Origin: Deltaproteobacteria bacterium
GTDB taxonomy: Bacteria; Desulfobacterota; Dissulfuribacteria; Dissulfuribacterales; QOAL01
DNA length: 63,558 nt
Assembly: GCA_015489315.1 (NCBI GenBank)
Contig: WFZZ01000138.1
Coordinates: 1-63,558 of the forward strand
Direction: 5' to 3'
A program made the translations under genes and the position numbers. This document shows positions 36,775 through 45,912 of the stretch, piece after piece. The notes under the pieces were generated by a model. The model saw only the letters and a list, made by a program, of their open reading frames with translations. It was not told the DNA's origin and ran no database searches. Position 1 is the first letter of the stretch. Each line of letters starts with the position of its first letter.

Positions 36775-37730
36775 CAGCCTTGTTCTAATGCCTTTCTAAC
36801 CGGAGAAAAGACCTTTGGAAATCTCCTTTCAAATTCTGGAAGCATCATAAGCATAATCTCCCTCATGGAGGGGTCTGCTGCCTTTGAAGCCCGAAGTCTA
36901 AAGATATGTTGCCACTCCTCCAGTGTGGCATGGACCATAATCTCGGTCTTACATGAATTTGGAAGAACCGTTCGAGCTGCCTGGGGAGACGATGTCTTTA
37001 ATAGCTCTAGATAAAGGGCTTCTGTCCTTTTCATGGCCTCTTCCCACAACTCATATTCCTTGGAACCTTCTTCAAAAAAACACGGCCTTATAAACTGAAC
37101 CTCACCTCCAAAACGTTCTTCACCATACCGACAGTATCTTTGGGACTCCTGAAGATAAGATGCCACCCTGTGACGAACCAGCTCATGAGTTACTGCCCTG
37201 TTGACTGTTATATGGGCCAAAAGACAGCGGTGTTTAACGAGAAGCCCTGTATCTAGTGCGTCTATCTCAGTGGGGGAAAGCATCCTTGCTGATACCTCTT
37301 TTTTTAATGCGCCTGTTTCAATATCTTCAAAAAAAATGGGGTACTTCTTAAAAATTTCGTCTCTAATAGCAATAATTACCTGATTTTCAGGAAATCTTTT
37401 TGCAAGATCTCTGAAAGAGCGGGGGTTCCCAGAAATAAGATATTTACTTTCACCAAGATTTGATGCCTGGCAAAAACGCGGGATATTTTCAAAGAAAGAA
37501 AAAAATTCCTCTCTTTCCTTTGATTCCACCTCGAAAACAAAATTGGCCATCTCAATGACGGATTCATGCCCCCTTTTAATGATACCCTTTATAAAAGGGA
37601 TAGCACTTTCAGGTGTGATCTTATCCTCACTCTTATAACAAACCCGTCCACAGCGCTCTATCTGTTCAAGGACCTTCCCTTCTTTAAAATAATCATCCAG
37701 GATCTCAAAGCTTGGTGGAATTACCCTCAT
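36774..37730 (-). CDS. thyX: FAD-dependent thymidylate synthase ThyX (long form)
   Basis: ThyX signature RHRVASYLQESQRY (RHRxxSxxxxSxR). Confidence 0.85.
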   Translation of the reverse strand: MRVIPPSFEILDDYFKEGKVLEQIERCGRVCYKSEDKITPESAIPFIKGIIKRGHESVIEMANFVFEVESKEREEFFSFFENIPRFCQASNLGESKYLISGNPRSFRDLAKRFPENQVIIAIRDEIFKKYPIFFEDIETGALKKEVSARMLSPTEIDALDTGLLVKHRCLLAHITVNRAVTHELVRHRVASYLQESQRYCRYGEERFGGEVQFIRPCFFEEGSKEYELWEEAMKRTEALYLELLKTSSPQAARTVLPNSCKTEIMVHATLEEWQHIFRLRASKAADPSMREIMLMMLPEFERRFPKVFSPVRKALEQG

Positions 37731-37754
37731 TTTTCCTCCTTAAAAGACATGGCC

Positions 37755-39656
37755 TTAACGCTTCATGACCACCAGTTTGGTAGGCCTCTTTTTTCCCCTT
37801 TCCCCGTTCTGACAAAGTTCATCAAATGAGACAAGAGGTCTCATCTTTATACATTTTACCCCCAATTTTTTGCATGTTTTTGAAAGGTCTTCAAATTTAT
37901 TAAAAGGCTTTGTAAGGATTGTAACAAATATGACCTTTATTCCATAGCGACAGATGAGCCTTTCTAAATCTTGTCCTGTGCCAATTACCTTAACGCCATG
38001 TATCTCCTGCCCTAATTTTGCCTTATCATCATCAATAAAACCAATGGGAAGATAATCATGACCGCGTCTTTTTCTGAGCTCTCTCAAAAAAAGATCTCCA
38101 CCATCTCCTGCACCGTATATCAAAACAGGTATAGAATGTTTTTTTTCTGCCTGCCTGATGAAATACTCATTGAACATTCTTAAAAGAAACCTAACCCCGC
38201 CTATGAACATAAAGGTCAGTATTGAATCAATAAAAAATACAACTCTGGAATAGCCCTCAAACCTATAAAAAAAGACCAGGGCCCCCACAATAATAGAAGA
38301 ACTCAAAAGGGTTGCCTTTATGATCTTAAAGGTGTCATCAAGGCTTGCAAAGCGCCACTGGCCCCTGTAAAGGCCGAGGGCCCAGAAACAACTTATCTTA
38401 ATGCCATAGACAAGGGGAAGGCTTTTGGCAATAAGGCCTCGGTTATACTCACTGATCACTCCATCAAACTTTAAAAGATAAGATGAATAATAGGCTATAG
38501 TAATAAGGACAATATCAACACAGACCTGAAGAATCTGTTTTTTGTTAAGGACAAGGCTCATTGCCGTTAAAATCTTGGATTCGTCCCTCTCCCTTTCATC
38601 CCCCCTCGGATATACATCCGCATTTAAGTGGGTGAGAAAGACCCCAAAAAATATAGAAATTATGGCAGTTATACTCAAAACTGCAAGCAACCCGTCCAGT
38701 GAATGCCTTGCCATATAAAGGGCTAAAAATGAAATAAAGGCGGATGCCAACATGAGGGTCAAAACAGTCTTTTCCTCTGAAAGTCCTAGAAGAACAAGTC
38801 TGTGGGATGTGTGGTCCCTGCCGCCCTGGGCAATGGACCGACCAGTTTGTACTCTTGTAAAAGAGACAAGGGCAGTATCAAAGATGGGAATAATAAGGAC
38901 AGCCACGGGTATTGCCAGCATCAAGACCATATTCATAATACTGCTTCCATGAAGGCCATTGGCTCCAAGGTTTATGACCCTATCCTTTACACTTAAAAGG
39001 GCAAGGGAGCCAAGCATATAACCCAAAAAAAGGCTTCCACAGTCTCCCATAAAAATCTTTGCCGGTTTGAAGTTATAAATAAAAAATCCCAGACAGGCCC
39101 CGCTAAGAATCAGGGAAGGCAAGATAACAGGCCAGATACCAAAAAAATTCCCGTAAAGAGCGAGGGAAAAAGAGGCGATCATAACTATACCTGAAGAAAG
39201 TCCATCCATATTATCGAGAATATTTATAGCGTTTGTCACGCCAATTAACCAAAAGATACTCAAAAAAATCGATAACACTGGATAACCAGGAAAATTCACC
39301 TTAAGCCCAAATCCAACTAAGGCAACTATTGTTACAAGTTGTGCCAAGAATTTTCCCTGGGGGCTGAATTCCAAGAGGTCATCCAGAAGGCCAATGAGGA
39401 AAAAGGCAGTTCCACCAAGTAACAGTAGGGCGCTAGTTATCTTCGGAGTTCCCAAATTCAAAATAAAGGGAATTATAAAGGCAAAGAAAATGGCTATCCC
39501 GCCAAAAAGGGCTGTCGGATTCTTATGCCATCTATCTTCTCTGGGTAGGGCAACAAGACCGGATTTTTGTGAAAAATAGATTACAACCGGAGTTAATATG
39601 AGACTTAAAAAAAATGAAAAGAAAAAGCCTTGAAATTGATTGGCTATAGCCGTCAT
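37755..39656 (-). CDS. polyprenyl-phosphate HexNAc-1-phosphate transferase (GT4, WecA/MraY family) fused to a TM plus CoA-binding-like Rossmann module
   Basis: N-terminal half has NAINILDNMDGLSSG and IFMGDCGSLFLGYML. C-terminal half has extra TMs, then VLIYGAGDGGDLFLREL...IGFIDDDKAKLGQEIHGVKVIG. Confidence 0.8.
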   Translation of the reverse strand: MTAIANQFQGFFFSFFLSLILTPVVIYFSQKSGLVALPREDRWHKNPTALFGGIAIFFAFIIPFILNLGTPKITSALLLLGGTAFFLIGLLDDLLEFSPQGKFLAQLVTIVALVGFGLKVNFPGYPVLSIFLSIFWLIGVTNAINILDNMDGLSSGIVMIASFSLALYGNFFGIWPVILPSLILSGACLGFFIYNFKPAKIFMGDCGSLFLGYMLGSLALLSVKDRVINLGANGLHGSSIMNMVLMLAIPVAVLIIPIFDTALVSFTRVQTGRSIAQGGRDHTSHRLVLLGLSEEKTVLTLMLASAFISFLALYMARHSLDGLLAVLSITAIISIFFGVFLTHLNADVYPRGDERERDESKILTAMSLVLNKKQILQVCVDIVLITIAYYSSYLLKFDGVISEYNRGLIAKSLPLVYGIKISCFWALGLYRGQWRFASLDDTFKIIKATLLSSSIIVGALVFFYRFEGYSRVVFFIDSILTFMFIGGVRFLLRMFNEYFIRQAEKKHSIPVLIYGAGDGGDLFLRELRKRRGHDYLPIGFIDDDKAKLGQEIHGVKVIGTGQDLERLICRYGIKVIFVTILTKPFNKFEDLSKTCKKLGVKCIKMRPLVSFDELCQNGERGKKRPTKLVVMKR

Positions 39657-40621
39657 GTGGCCAATGCCCTAAAATATTCTATGGTCTTTGCAAGTATCTC
39701 ATCAAGGGATGTTTCTGGAACAAAACCAATAAGGGATTTTAATTTTTCAAGGGAAGGAACCCTCCTCATCATATCTTCAAAATCCTTCCCATAGGCCTTT
39801 TCATAGGGAATGAAGACTATTTCTGATTTGCTTCCAACAAGCTCTTTTATCTTTTGAGCCAAATCCGCAATGGATATCTCCTCCTGTCCTCCAATGTTCA
39901 CCACTTCCCCTGCGCCCTTATCACCCTTTGCCAAGAGATAGATGGCCTTTACCACATCTCCCACATAGGTAAATGTCCTTGTCTGTTTTCCATCGCCATA
40001 GATGGTAATTGGGTCGTCCCTTAGGGCCTGCTGGATAAACCTTGGAACCACCATGCCATACATGCCAGTCTGGCGAGGGCCAATGGTGTTAAAACAGCGG
40101 AAAATAATCGTATTAAGCTTTTTGGTCCTGTGGTAAGAAAGGGCTGTAAATTCATCTACCAATTTACTTGCAGCATAGCTCCAGCGCATAGTACTTGGCG
40201 GGCCATAAATGAGATTGTCGTCTTCCTTTAAGGGTGCATGGGTATGCTTTCCATATACCTCGGAGGTGGAAGCAATCAATATCTTTTTATTGTATCTGTT
40301 TGAAAGCTTTAATGCGATTTCCGTTCCAAGAATATTGGTTTCAATGGAGGAAAGGGGGTTTTCTAGGACATATTTTACTCCAACTGCCGCAGCGAGGTGA
40401 ATAACACAGTCACACCAAGAAATAAGCTCTTCCATCTTTTTTGCATTCAAGATGGTATCTATAGAATAATGAAATCTTGGATTGTCAAAAAGGTGTGAAA
40501 TGTTTTCTAGACTTCCAGTTGAAAGGTCATCTATTACAAAGACCTCTTCCCCGTTATCCAAAAGAAAATCACACAAATTTGAACCAATGAACCCCGCTCC
40601 CCCAGTAACAAGGATCTTCAT
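39653..40621 (-). CDS. NAD-dependent nucleotide-sugar epimerase/dehydratase (extended SDR, UDP-glucuronate decarboxylase-like)
   Basis: VTGGAGFIGSNL and YAASK (YxxxK). Confidence 0.85.
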   Translation of the reverse strand: MKILVTGGAGFIGSNLCDFLLDNGEEVFVIDDLSTGSLENISHLFDNPRFHYSIDTILNAKKMEELISWCDCVIHLAAAVGVKYVLENPLSSIETNILGTEIALKLSNRYNKKILIASTSEVYGKHTHAPLKEDDNLIYGPPSTMRWSYAASKLVDEFTALSYHRTKKLNTIIFRCFNTIGPRQTGMYGMVVPRFIQQALRDDPITIYGDGKQTRTFTYVGDVVKAIYLLAKGDKGAGEVVNIGGQEEISIADLAQKIKELVGSKSEIVFIPYEKAYGKDFEDMMRRVPSLEKLKSLIGFVPETSLDEILAKTIEYFRALAT

Positions 40622-40749
40622 GTAAACTCCCTCTAAAAAATCTAATCACCTAGCAGGCTAAAGGTCTCTGATTTCCCCTTTAGATGCAGTTAATTTATTC
40701 AAATATTATAATAAGCTAATATTAAATCAACCATCTTTTCCCCATAAAA

Positions 40750-41793
40750 TCATTTTTTTGACGAAATAGGGCTTATTTCTTCCTTTAACATGCAACATGC
40801 AACTCTTTTTATCACGTTTCCATTGTGATCATACGGAATATTTCCCGGATGTAATATCTTGTTCATTACACAGCCTTCTGGAATCCTCAGTGGATAAAGG
40901 TCTGCTTCAGTAATTGGCGGCCTTTTTATAAGAACCCCATCTCTGATTTCATAAGAATGAACCGGATAATCTTCACAAAGGGGACATGTATATACCCGTC
41001 CGTTTGGAAAGACAAAAAAATTTTCAGCAACAACTCCTGCACATTCAAAGACTTCTTCTGGTTCAAGATAAACCTTTGGATAGTGGCATATAAGACCAAG
41101 GGCAGCTGCCTCTTTGGCTACTTGCGGTACAACATTATTCCAGAGTTCCCATGGAATTTGCAAAGATGCCTCTCCTTCCTTTGCTGGTTTACCCCTTATT
41201 CCAATAACCTGTATGAAAAACCTGGTCACACCCAGATCTTTTAAAAGCGGAGGCATATTGGTAAGGTCTTCAATGTTAATTCTACTAGTGGTAAAGATGC
41301 TACTTATGGTAAAACCAAGCTCCTTGGCCCTCTTAATTCCCTTAACGCATGTTTCGAAGCTACCTTTCCCTCTAATGGAATTATTAATCTCTGGCCTTGA
41401 ACCATCAAGACTAAAACTTATATAGTCTAGGTCATCAGGACTAACCTTTTTTAAGAAGTCATTGAAAAGATAGCCGTTGGTATCTATTGTTATTGAACCA
41501 TAACCAAGGCTTTTTGCCTCCTTTATAGCCTCAGGCAATGCCGGATTAAGGGTTGGCTCACCTCCTAAAAAGACAACATTTGTATCCTCAACCCCTTTAA
41601 TGGCCTTTGACCCCTCAGATATGGAAAAAAGTCTTAACCACCTCTTTATTGTTTCAATTCCTAGGGTCTTTGTCCCATGCTGATCCCTATTTATATAACA
41701 ATGCCTACAACTTAGATTGCAGGAAGTAAGGATATGAAAAAAAAGATTTCGGCTGTTGGGCCTAAATTCTACTGTCCTTTTTATTGTTTTCAT
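40750..41793 (-). CDS. radical SAM protein with a Cys-rich SPASM/twitch-like C-terminal domain
   Basis: CNLSCRHCY (CxxxCxxC) and GGEPTLNP. C-terminal CAGV..TCPLC..EGCV..VACC. The alternative TTG start at 41802 abuts the upstream stop. Confidence 0.8.
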   Translation of the reverse strand: MKTIKRTVEFRPNSRNLFFHILTSCNLSCRHCYINRDQHGTKTLGIETIKRWLRLFSISEGSKAIKGVEDTNVVFLGGEPTLNPALPEAIKEAKSLGYGSITIDTNGYLFNDFLKKVSPDDLDYISFSLDGSRPEINNSIRGKGSFETCVKGIKRAKELGFTISSIFTTSRINIEDLTNMPPLLKDLGVTRFFIQVIGIRGKPAKEGEASLQIPWELWNNVVPQVAKEAAALGLICHYPKVYLEPEEVFECAGVVAENFFVFPNGRVYTCPLCEDYPVHSYEIRDGVLIKRPPITEADLYPLRIPEGCVMNKILHPGNIPYDHNGNVIKRVACCMLKEEISPISSKK

Positions 41794-41802
41794 AAGATTC
41801 AA

Positions 41803-42327
41803 TTAATCCTGAGAAAGGGTATATCTTGCAAGAAGTGTATCTTTTAAATACTCGTTTGAAGGGCTTTTAAAAAATTTCTTAAAAAGGGACAGGGCATTTT
41901 TTCTTAAAACTCCTTTTATGATCTCAATATTGGCAGTTTCATATAGTTCAGCTAGACCTTTTTGAGAATCCCTTTTTAAGAAAATATTAGCTGCCCCACC
42001 CATAATATCTTCATAGGAAAAGACAATTTCCTTTATTCCACTTATAACCAGAGCCCCTATACACATAAGACAGGGCTCAAGGGTGGTATAACATACAACG
42101 TCTTTACCTGGCTTTCCCCTTTTCACCCAATCTCTAAGAGCAACGATCTCTGCATGATCAAGCTCGTTTTGAAATTTCCCATTACTATTTTCTCTTTTAC
42201 CAACCCCAACCACTTCGTCTCTAGATACAAGTATGCAACCAACAGGGAACTCCCCCATCTCTAGGGCCTCCTTTCCAATGGAAATTGCCTTACTCATCCA
42301 GTGTTCGTGTCTTTTTTTGTCTTTCAT
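41803..42327 (-). CDS. CDA-fold nucleoside/tRNA adenosine deaminase (TadA-like)
   Basis: DHAEIVAL and LEPCLMCIGAL zinc-binding motifs. Confidence 0.8.
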   Translation of the reverse strand: MKDKKRHEHWMSKAISIGKEALEMGEFPVGCILVSRDEVVGVGKRENSNGKFQNELDHAEIVALRDWVKRGKPGKDVVCYTTLEPCLMCIGALVISGIKEIVFSYEDIMGGAANIFLKRDSQKGLAELYETANIEIIKGVLRKNALSLFKKFFKSPSNEYLKDTLLARYTLSQD

Positions 42328-42863
42328 TCTTTTGATAAGTGTCTTGCAAGCCAGTGTTTTATATACTCTTCCAGGATAAAGGCCGCTTCTGTCTCTTTTT
42401 CCATGGCCCGTTGAACCATTTTAATCTTTTCTTCAGTTATTTGAGAATAAAGACGCTTACACATAAAATTCACACAAATTACATGTCTTGCCTTCAAAAG
42501 GCAGCCCCTTTCACCCAAAAAAAAACAGCCTGTTGGATCAAAAGGGCTATCAGGAAAATCAATATTCAAAAAAAGATTTATCAAAAGCTCGATACAATCA
42601 AACTTGTTTTCAATCCCGGCCCCACAACAGCTTCCTCCATCCACTGTTGCACAAAGGGTGCACTCCTTCACAACTCCTGACTCCTTCATGGCAATCCATG
42701 TGTTATCTATCCTTTTTTTATAATCTTCCAAAAGCCCTTTAAAGATCAAATCGTTCCCTAGTTCCTTTCCTATCTCTTCATACAACAATCTTGCCCATCT
42801 TAGCTTCTCTTCAATCGGATGATCTTGACCCAATGGAATTAAAAAAAAGTTCAATTTTCCCAT
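42324..42863 (-). CDS. YkgJ/UPF0153-type cysteine-cluster protein (CxxCxxCC family)
   Basis: CTLCATVDGGSCCG and GCFFLGERGCLLKARHVICVNFMC. ATG 42863 chosen. The ORF-track extension runs into the divergent purM leader. Confidence 0.65.
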   Translation of the reverse strand: MGKLNFFLIPLGQDHPIEEKLRWARLLYEEIGKELGNDLIFKGLLEDYKKRIDNTWIAMKESGVVKECTLCATVDGGSCCGAGIENKFDCIELLINLFLNIDFPDSPFDPTGCFFLGERGCLLKARHVICVNFMCKRLYSQITEEKIKMVQRAMEKETEAAFILEEYIKHWLARHLSKE

Positions 42864-42969
42864 ATTAAAATCTTCTTGAGGATTGCCATGTCTTAAATCA
42901 GAGAATATCATATTCCAGCCCCAAAGGGAAACAGAGCAAACAAAACTTTTTGTCTCTAGGAAAAGGGTT

Positions 42970-44043
42970 ATGGAAGAAAAAGACAAATCAAAATCTCTTT
43001 ATGCACAGGCTGGTGTTGATATTGACAAGGCAAATAGGATAGTTGAAGAAATAAAAGAGACAGTAACCTCGACCTATACCAAAGGAGTCATTACTGAGAT
43101 AGGAGGTTTTGCAGGCCTTTTTGCCCTTGATAAGGAAAAATTCAAAGAACCGGTCCTTGTTTCTTCAACCGACGGAGTTGGCACAAAGCTAAAGATTGCC
43201 TTCATGATGGATATGCACAAAACAGTTGGCATTGACCTTGTGGCTATGTGTGTAAATGACATTGCTGTAACCGGTGCTACTCCCCTTTTCTTTTTAGACT
43301 ATTTTGCCACAGGAAAACTTAAAGAAGAGGTCACAAAGGATGTGATTTCAGGTATTGCCCAGGGCTGCAAGCAGGCAGGCTGTGCCCTTATTGGAGGAGA
43401 GACTGCAGAGATGCCTGGCATGTATCCTGAGGGAGAATATGACCTTGCTGGCTTTTCGGTTGGAGTAGTGGAAAGAGAAGAAATCATTGACGGTTCTGAT
43501 ATTTCCGTTGACCATGACCTTATTGGTATCTCCTCTTCAGGTCTTCACAGTAACGGCTATTCCCTTGTAAGAAAGATTTTTTTTAAGGACTTGGGGTTAG
43601 GAATAGGAGATAAGATTGAAGAACTGTCATCAAAAACAGTTGGGGAACTTTTGATTGAACCTACAAAGATTTATGTGCCTATCATATTGAATCTCTTAAA
43701 AAGATTTAAGATACACGGAATTGTTCATATTACAGGTGGAGGCTTTCAGGATAATATCCCAAGAATCCTCCCAGAAAAATGTAAGGCAGTAATTGATAAA
43801 GATGCATGGAAACCCCTTCCAATTTTTAAGTTTATCAAAGAGAAGGGGAATGTACCTGAAGAAGAAATGCTTAGAACCTTTAACTGTGGTATAGGTTTAA
43901 TTCTTATCGTCCCGCCAACTGAAACAAAAGAGATGCTTCTACAGCTTGAGGCCCTTGGCGAAAAGGCTTATGTAGTTGGGAAGATAGAAGAAAGAGACAC
44001 GAATGAACCCTCAGTAATCTTTAAGGGAGGCCCGCTTTTTTGA
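42970..44043 (+). CDS. purM: phosphoribosylformylglycinamidine cyclo-ligase (AIR synthetase)
   Basis: LYAQAGVDIDKAN, STDGVGTKL and GGETAEMPG. Confidence 0.92.
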   Translation: MEEKDKSKSLYAQAGVDIDKANRIVEEIKETVTSTYTKGVITEIGGFAGLFALDKEKFKEPVLVSSTDGVGTKLKIAFMMDMHKTVGIDLVAMCVNDIAVTGATPLFFLDYFATGKLKEEVTKDVISGIAQGCKQAGCALIGGETAEMPGMYPEGEYDLAGFSVGVVEREEIIDGSDISVDHDLIGISSSGLHSNGYSLVRKIFFKDLGLGIGDKIEELSSKTVGELLIEPTKIYVPIILNLLKRFKIHGIVHITGGGFQDNIPRILPEKCKAVIDKDAWKPLPIFKFIKEKGNVPEEEMLRTFNCGIGLILIVPPTETKEMLLQLEALGEKAYVVGKIEERDTNEPSVIFKGGPLF

Positions 44044-44456
44044 TTATTGTAAGCGCTTGCCTTCTTGGCCTTTCTACAAGATATGATGGAAAAAGTAAAA
44101 CAAATCCTGACTTTTTAAAAAAGCTATTAAATAGTGCAAAAATTGGACATGTAATCCCTGTCTGCCCTGAACAACTAGGGGGTCTTCCAACACCAAGACC
44201 TCCTTGTAAAATCTTTGGAGGAGATGGCTTTGATGTCCTTTGTGGTAAGGCAAGGGTCATTGAGGTGGAAACAGGACGGGATGTCACAGGAAATTTTTTA
44301 AGAGGCACAATAGAGGTAAATAAAATTTTAGATGTCTTTCTAATAGAAAGGGCCTATTTAAAGTCAAAAAGTCCTTCTTGTGGATATCTTGGTCAAACAG
44401 GTGTTACTGCTGCTTCACTCATATTAAAGGGAGTTGAAATTATTGAGGTTGATTAG
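44040..44456 (+). CDS. DUF523 family protein (TudS-like Fe-S thiouracil desulfidase family)
   Basis: IIVSACLLGLSTRYDG and VCPEQLGGLPTPR. TTG start overlaps the purM stop. Confidence 0.75.
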   Translation: MIIVSACLLGLSTRYDGKSKTNPDFLKKLLNSAKIGHVIPVCPEQLGGLPTPRPPCKIFGGDGFDVLCGKARVIEVETGRDVTGNFLRGTIEVNKILDVFLIERAYLKSKSPSCGYLGQTGVTAASLILKGVEIIEVD

Positions 44457-44740
44457 GCCTTGACCTTTGCCATAACCCTTTCTTTAAGGTCTTTTCCAAC
44501 CTTAAAAAAAGGAAGCTTTTTAGGTTTAACTTCGATCTTTTCCCCAGTCTTAGGATTTCGGCCGACATAGGACTTATACTCCCTAATTGAAAAGGAACCA
44601 AACCCCCTTATTTCGATTCCTTCACCGCGTATCAGGGCATCTGTCATATCATCAAAGATGGAGTTTACAATAAACTCTGCGAGTTGTTTATGAACCCCCA
44701 GCCGTTCTGAAACCTTTTCTATCAAATCTGACTTATTCAC
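44453..44740 (-). CDS. HU/IHF-family DNA-binding protein (IHF-beta-like)
   Basis: NKSDLIEKVSE...GFGSFSIREYKSYVGRNPKTGEKIEV. GTG 44740 is preceded by GGGGAGGG. The ORF-track ATG at 44800 adds 20 atypical residues. Confidence 0.8.
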   Translation of the reverse strand: MNKSDLIEKVSERLGVHKQLAEFIVNSIFDDMTDALIRGEGIEIRGFGSFSIREYKSYVGRNPKTGEKIEVKPKKLPFFKVGKDLKERVMAKVKA

Positions 44741-44853
44741 TGTGCCCTCCCCATTGGCAAACCATTGATTTTTATAATATTCACATGGAGATATTGCCAT
44801 TAAATACAGTTATGTTTATATCTGTCAAGAATAAACTTTAAAGGATTCCGTTT

Positions 44854-45819
44854 ATGGTTTTTAAGATATTTAAAAAAGGGGAAGACCAAAAAAGGAAGGA
44901 ACAAGGTGTCTTTTCACGCCTAAAGGAAAGGATATCTAAATCTAAGGAGGGATTCATCCGTCAGATGGATGATCTTCTCCTTGGGAAGAGAGAAATTGAC
45001 CCTGAAGTTCTTGAAGAAATTGAAGAAATCCTTGTCATGGCCGATATGGGCATCTCAACAGTACAAAAGGTCATGGAAGGGCTTCAAAGAGAAATTGATA
45101 GAGGAGACATCGGGGACACCGAAGCACTTAGGAATCACCTTAAGGGAAAAATTAAGGAAATCTTTCTTGAGTCCCAGAATAAAAGAACAAAAGAAAGGGA
45201 GCATAGACCCCATGTCATTATGGTTGTTGGAGTAAATGGGGTCGGCAAGACCACAACCATTGCCAAATTGGCCTATCGGCTTAAAAACCAGGGCAAAAAG
45301 GTCCTTTTGGTGGCAGCAGATACATTTAGGGCAGCGGCGGTAGAACAGCTAGAGGCATGGGGTGAAAAAATTGGAGTTCCTGTAATAAGTCAAAAGGCAG
45401 GCTCTGACCCTTCTGCAGTTGCCTTTGATGGAATGGAGGCAGCAAAGGCCAAGGATGTGGATGTTGTTATAGTTGATACGGCAGGAAGGCTACATACTCA
45501 GGTGAATCTAATGAAGGAACTTCAGAAGATTAGGCGTGTTATGGGAAAACGCGTTGAAGGTGCACCCCATGAGGTCCTTTTAGTCCTTGACGCCACAACA
45601 GGTCAAAATGCCCTCAGCCAGGCAAAAACCTTTTTAGAGGCCACAGAAGTTACAGGCATCTGTCTAACAAAACTTGATGGGACGGCCAAGGGTGGAATTG
45701 TGGCAAGCATTGCTCATGAGCTAAACATTCCAATCGAATATATTGGAATTGGCGAAAAGATGGAGGACCTTAGGCCCTTTGAGCCAAATGAATTTGTAGA
45801 GGCGCTTTTTGAAGATTAA
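44854..45819 (+). CDS. ftsY: signal recognition particle receptor FtsY
   Basis: [21 protein letters not shown] and [10 protein letters not shown]. Confidence 0.93.
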   Translation: MVFKIFKKGEDQKRKEQGVFSRLKERISKSKEGFIRQMDDLLLGKREIDPEVLEEIEEILVMADMGISTVQKVMEGLQREIDRGDIGDTEALRNHLKGKIKEIFLESQNKRTKEREHRPHVIMVVGVNGVGKTTTIAKLAYRLKNQGKKVLLVAADTFRAAAVEQLEAWGEKIGVPVISQKAGSDPSAVAFDGMEAAKAKDVDVVIVDTAGRLHTQVNLMKELQKIRRVMGKRVEGAPHEVLLVLDATTGQNALSQAKTFLEATEVTGICLTKLDGTAKGGIVASIAHELNIPIEYIGIGEKMEDLRPFEPNEFVEALFED

Positions 45820-45912
45820 ATTTACTTGCAAAAGCACCCTGGTTTTACTAAAAGATCATTTTCGATACAGACTTTCTACAATTTAAGGTAAATTAGGAGA
45901 GGAGTTATCCCA

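Noticed and set aside
44741-44800. 20-codon N-terminal extension of the HU/IHF-like gene in the ORF track. Similar extensions occur for larC (34419-34544), envC (55940-56059), purM (42883-42969), the YkgJ-like gene (42864-42986), csp (26342-26398) and DUF1800 (18756-18818).
   Set aside because: In each case an internal start with a strong RBS gives a family-typical N-terminus or signal peptide and removes overlaps with neighbouring genes or promoters.
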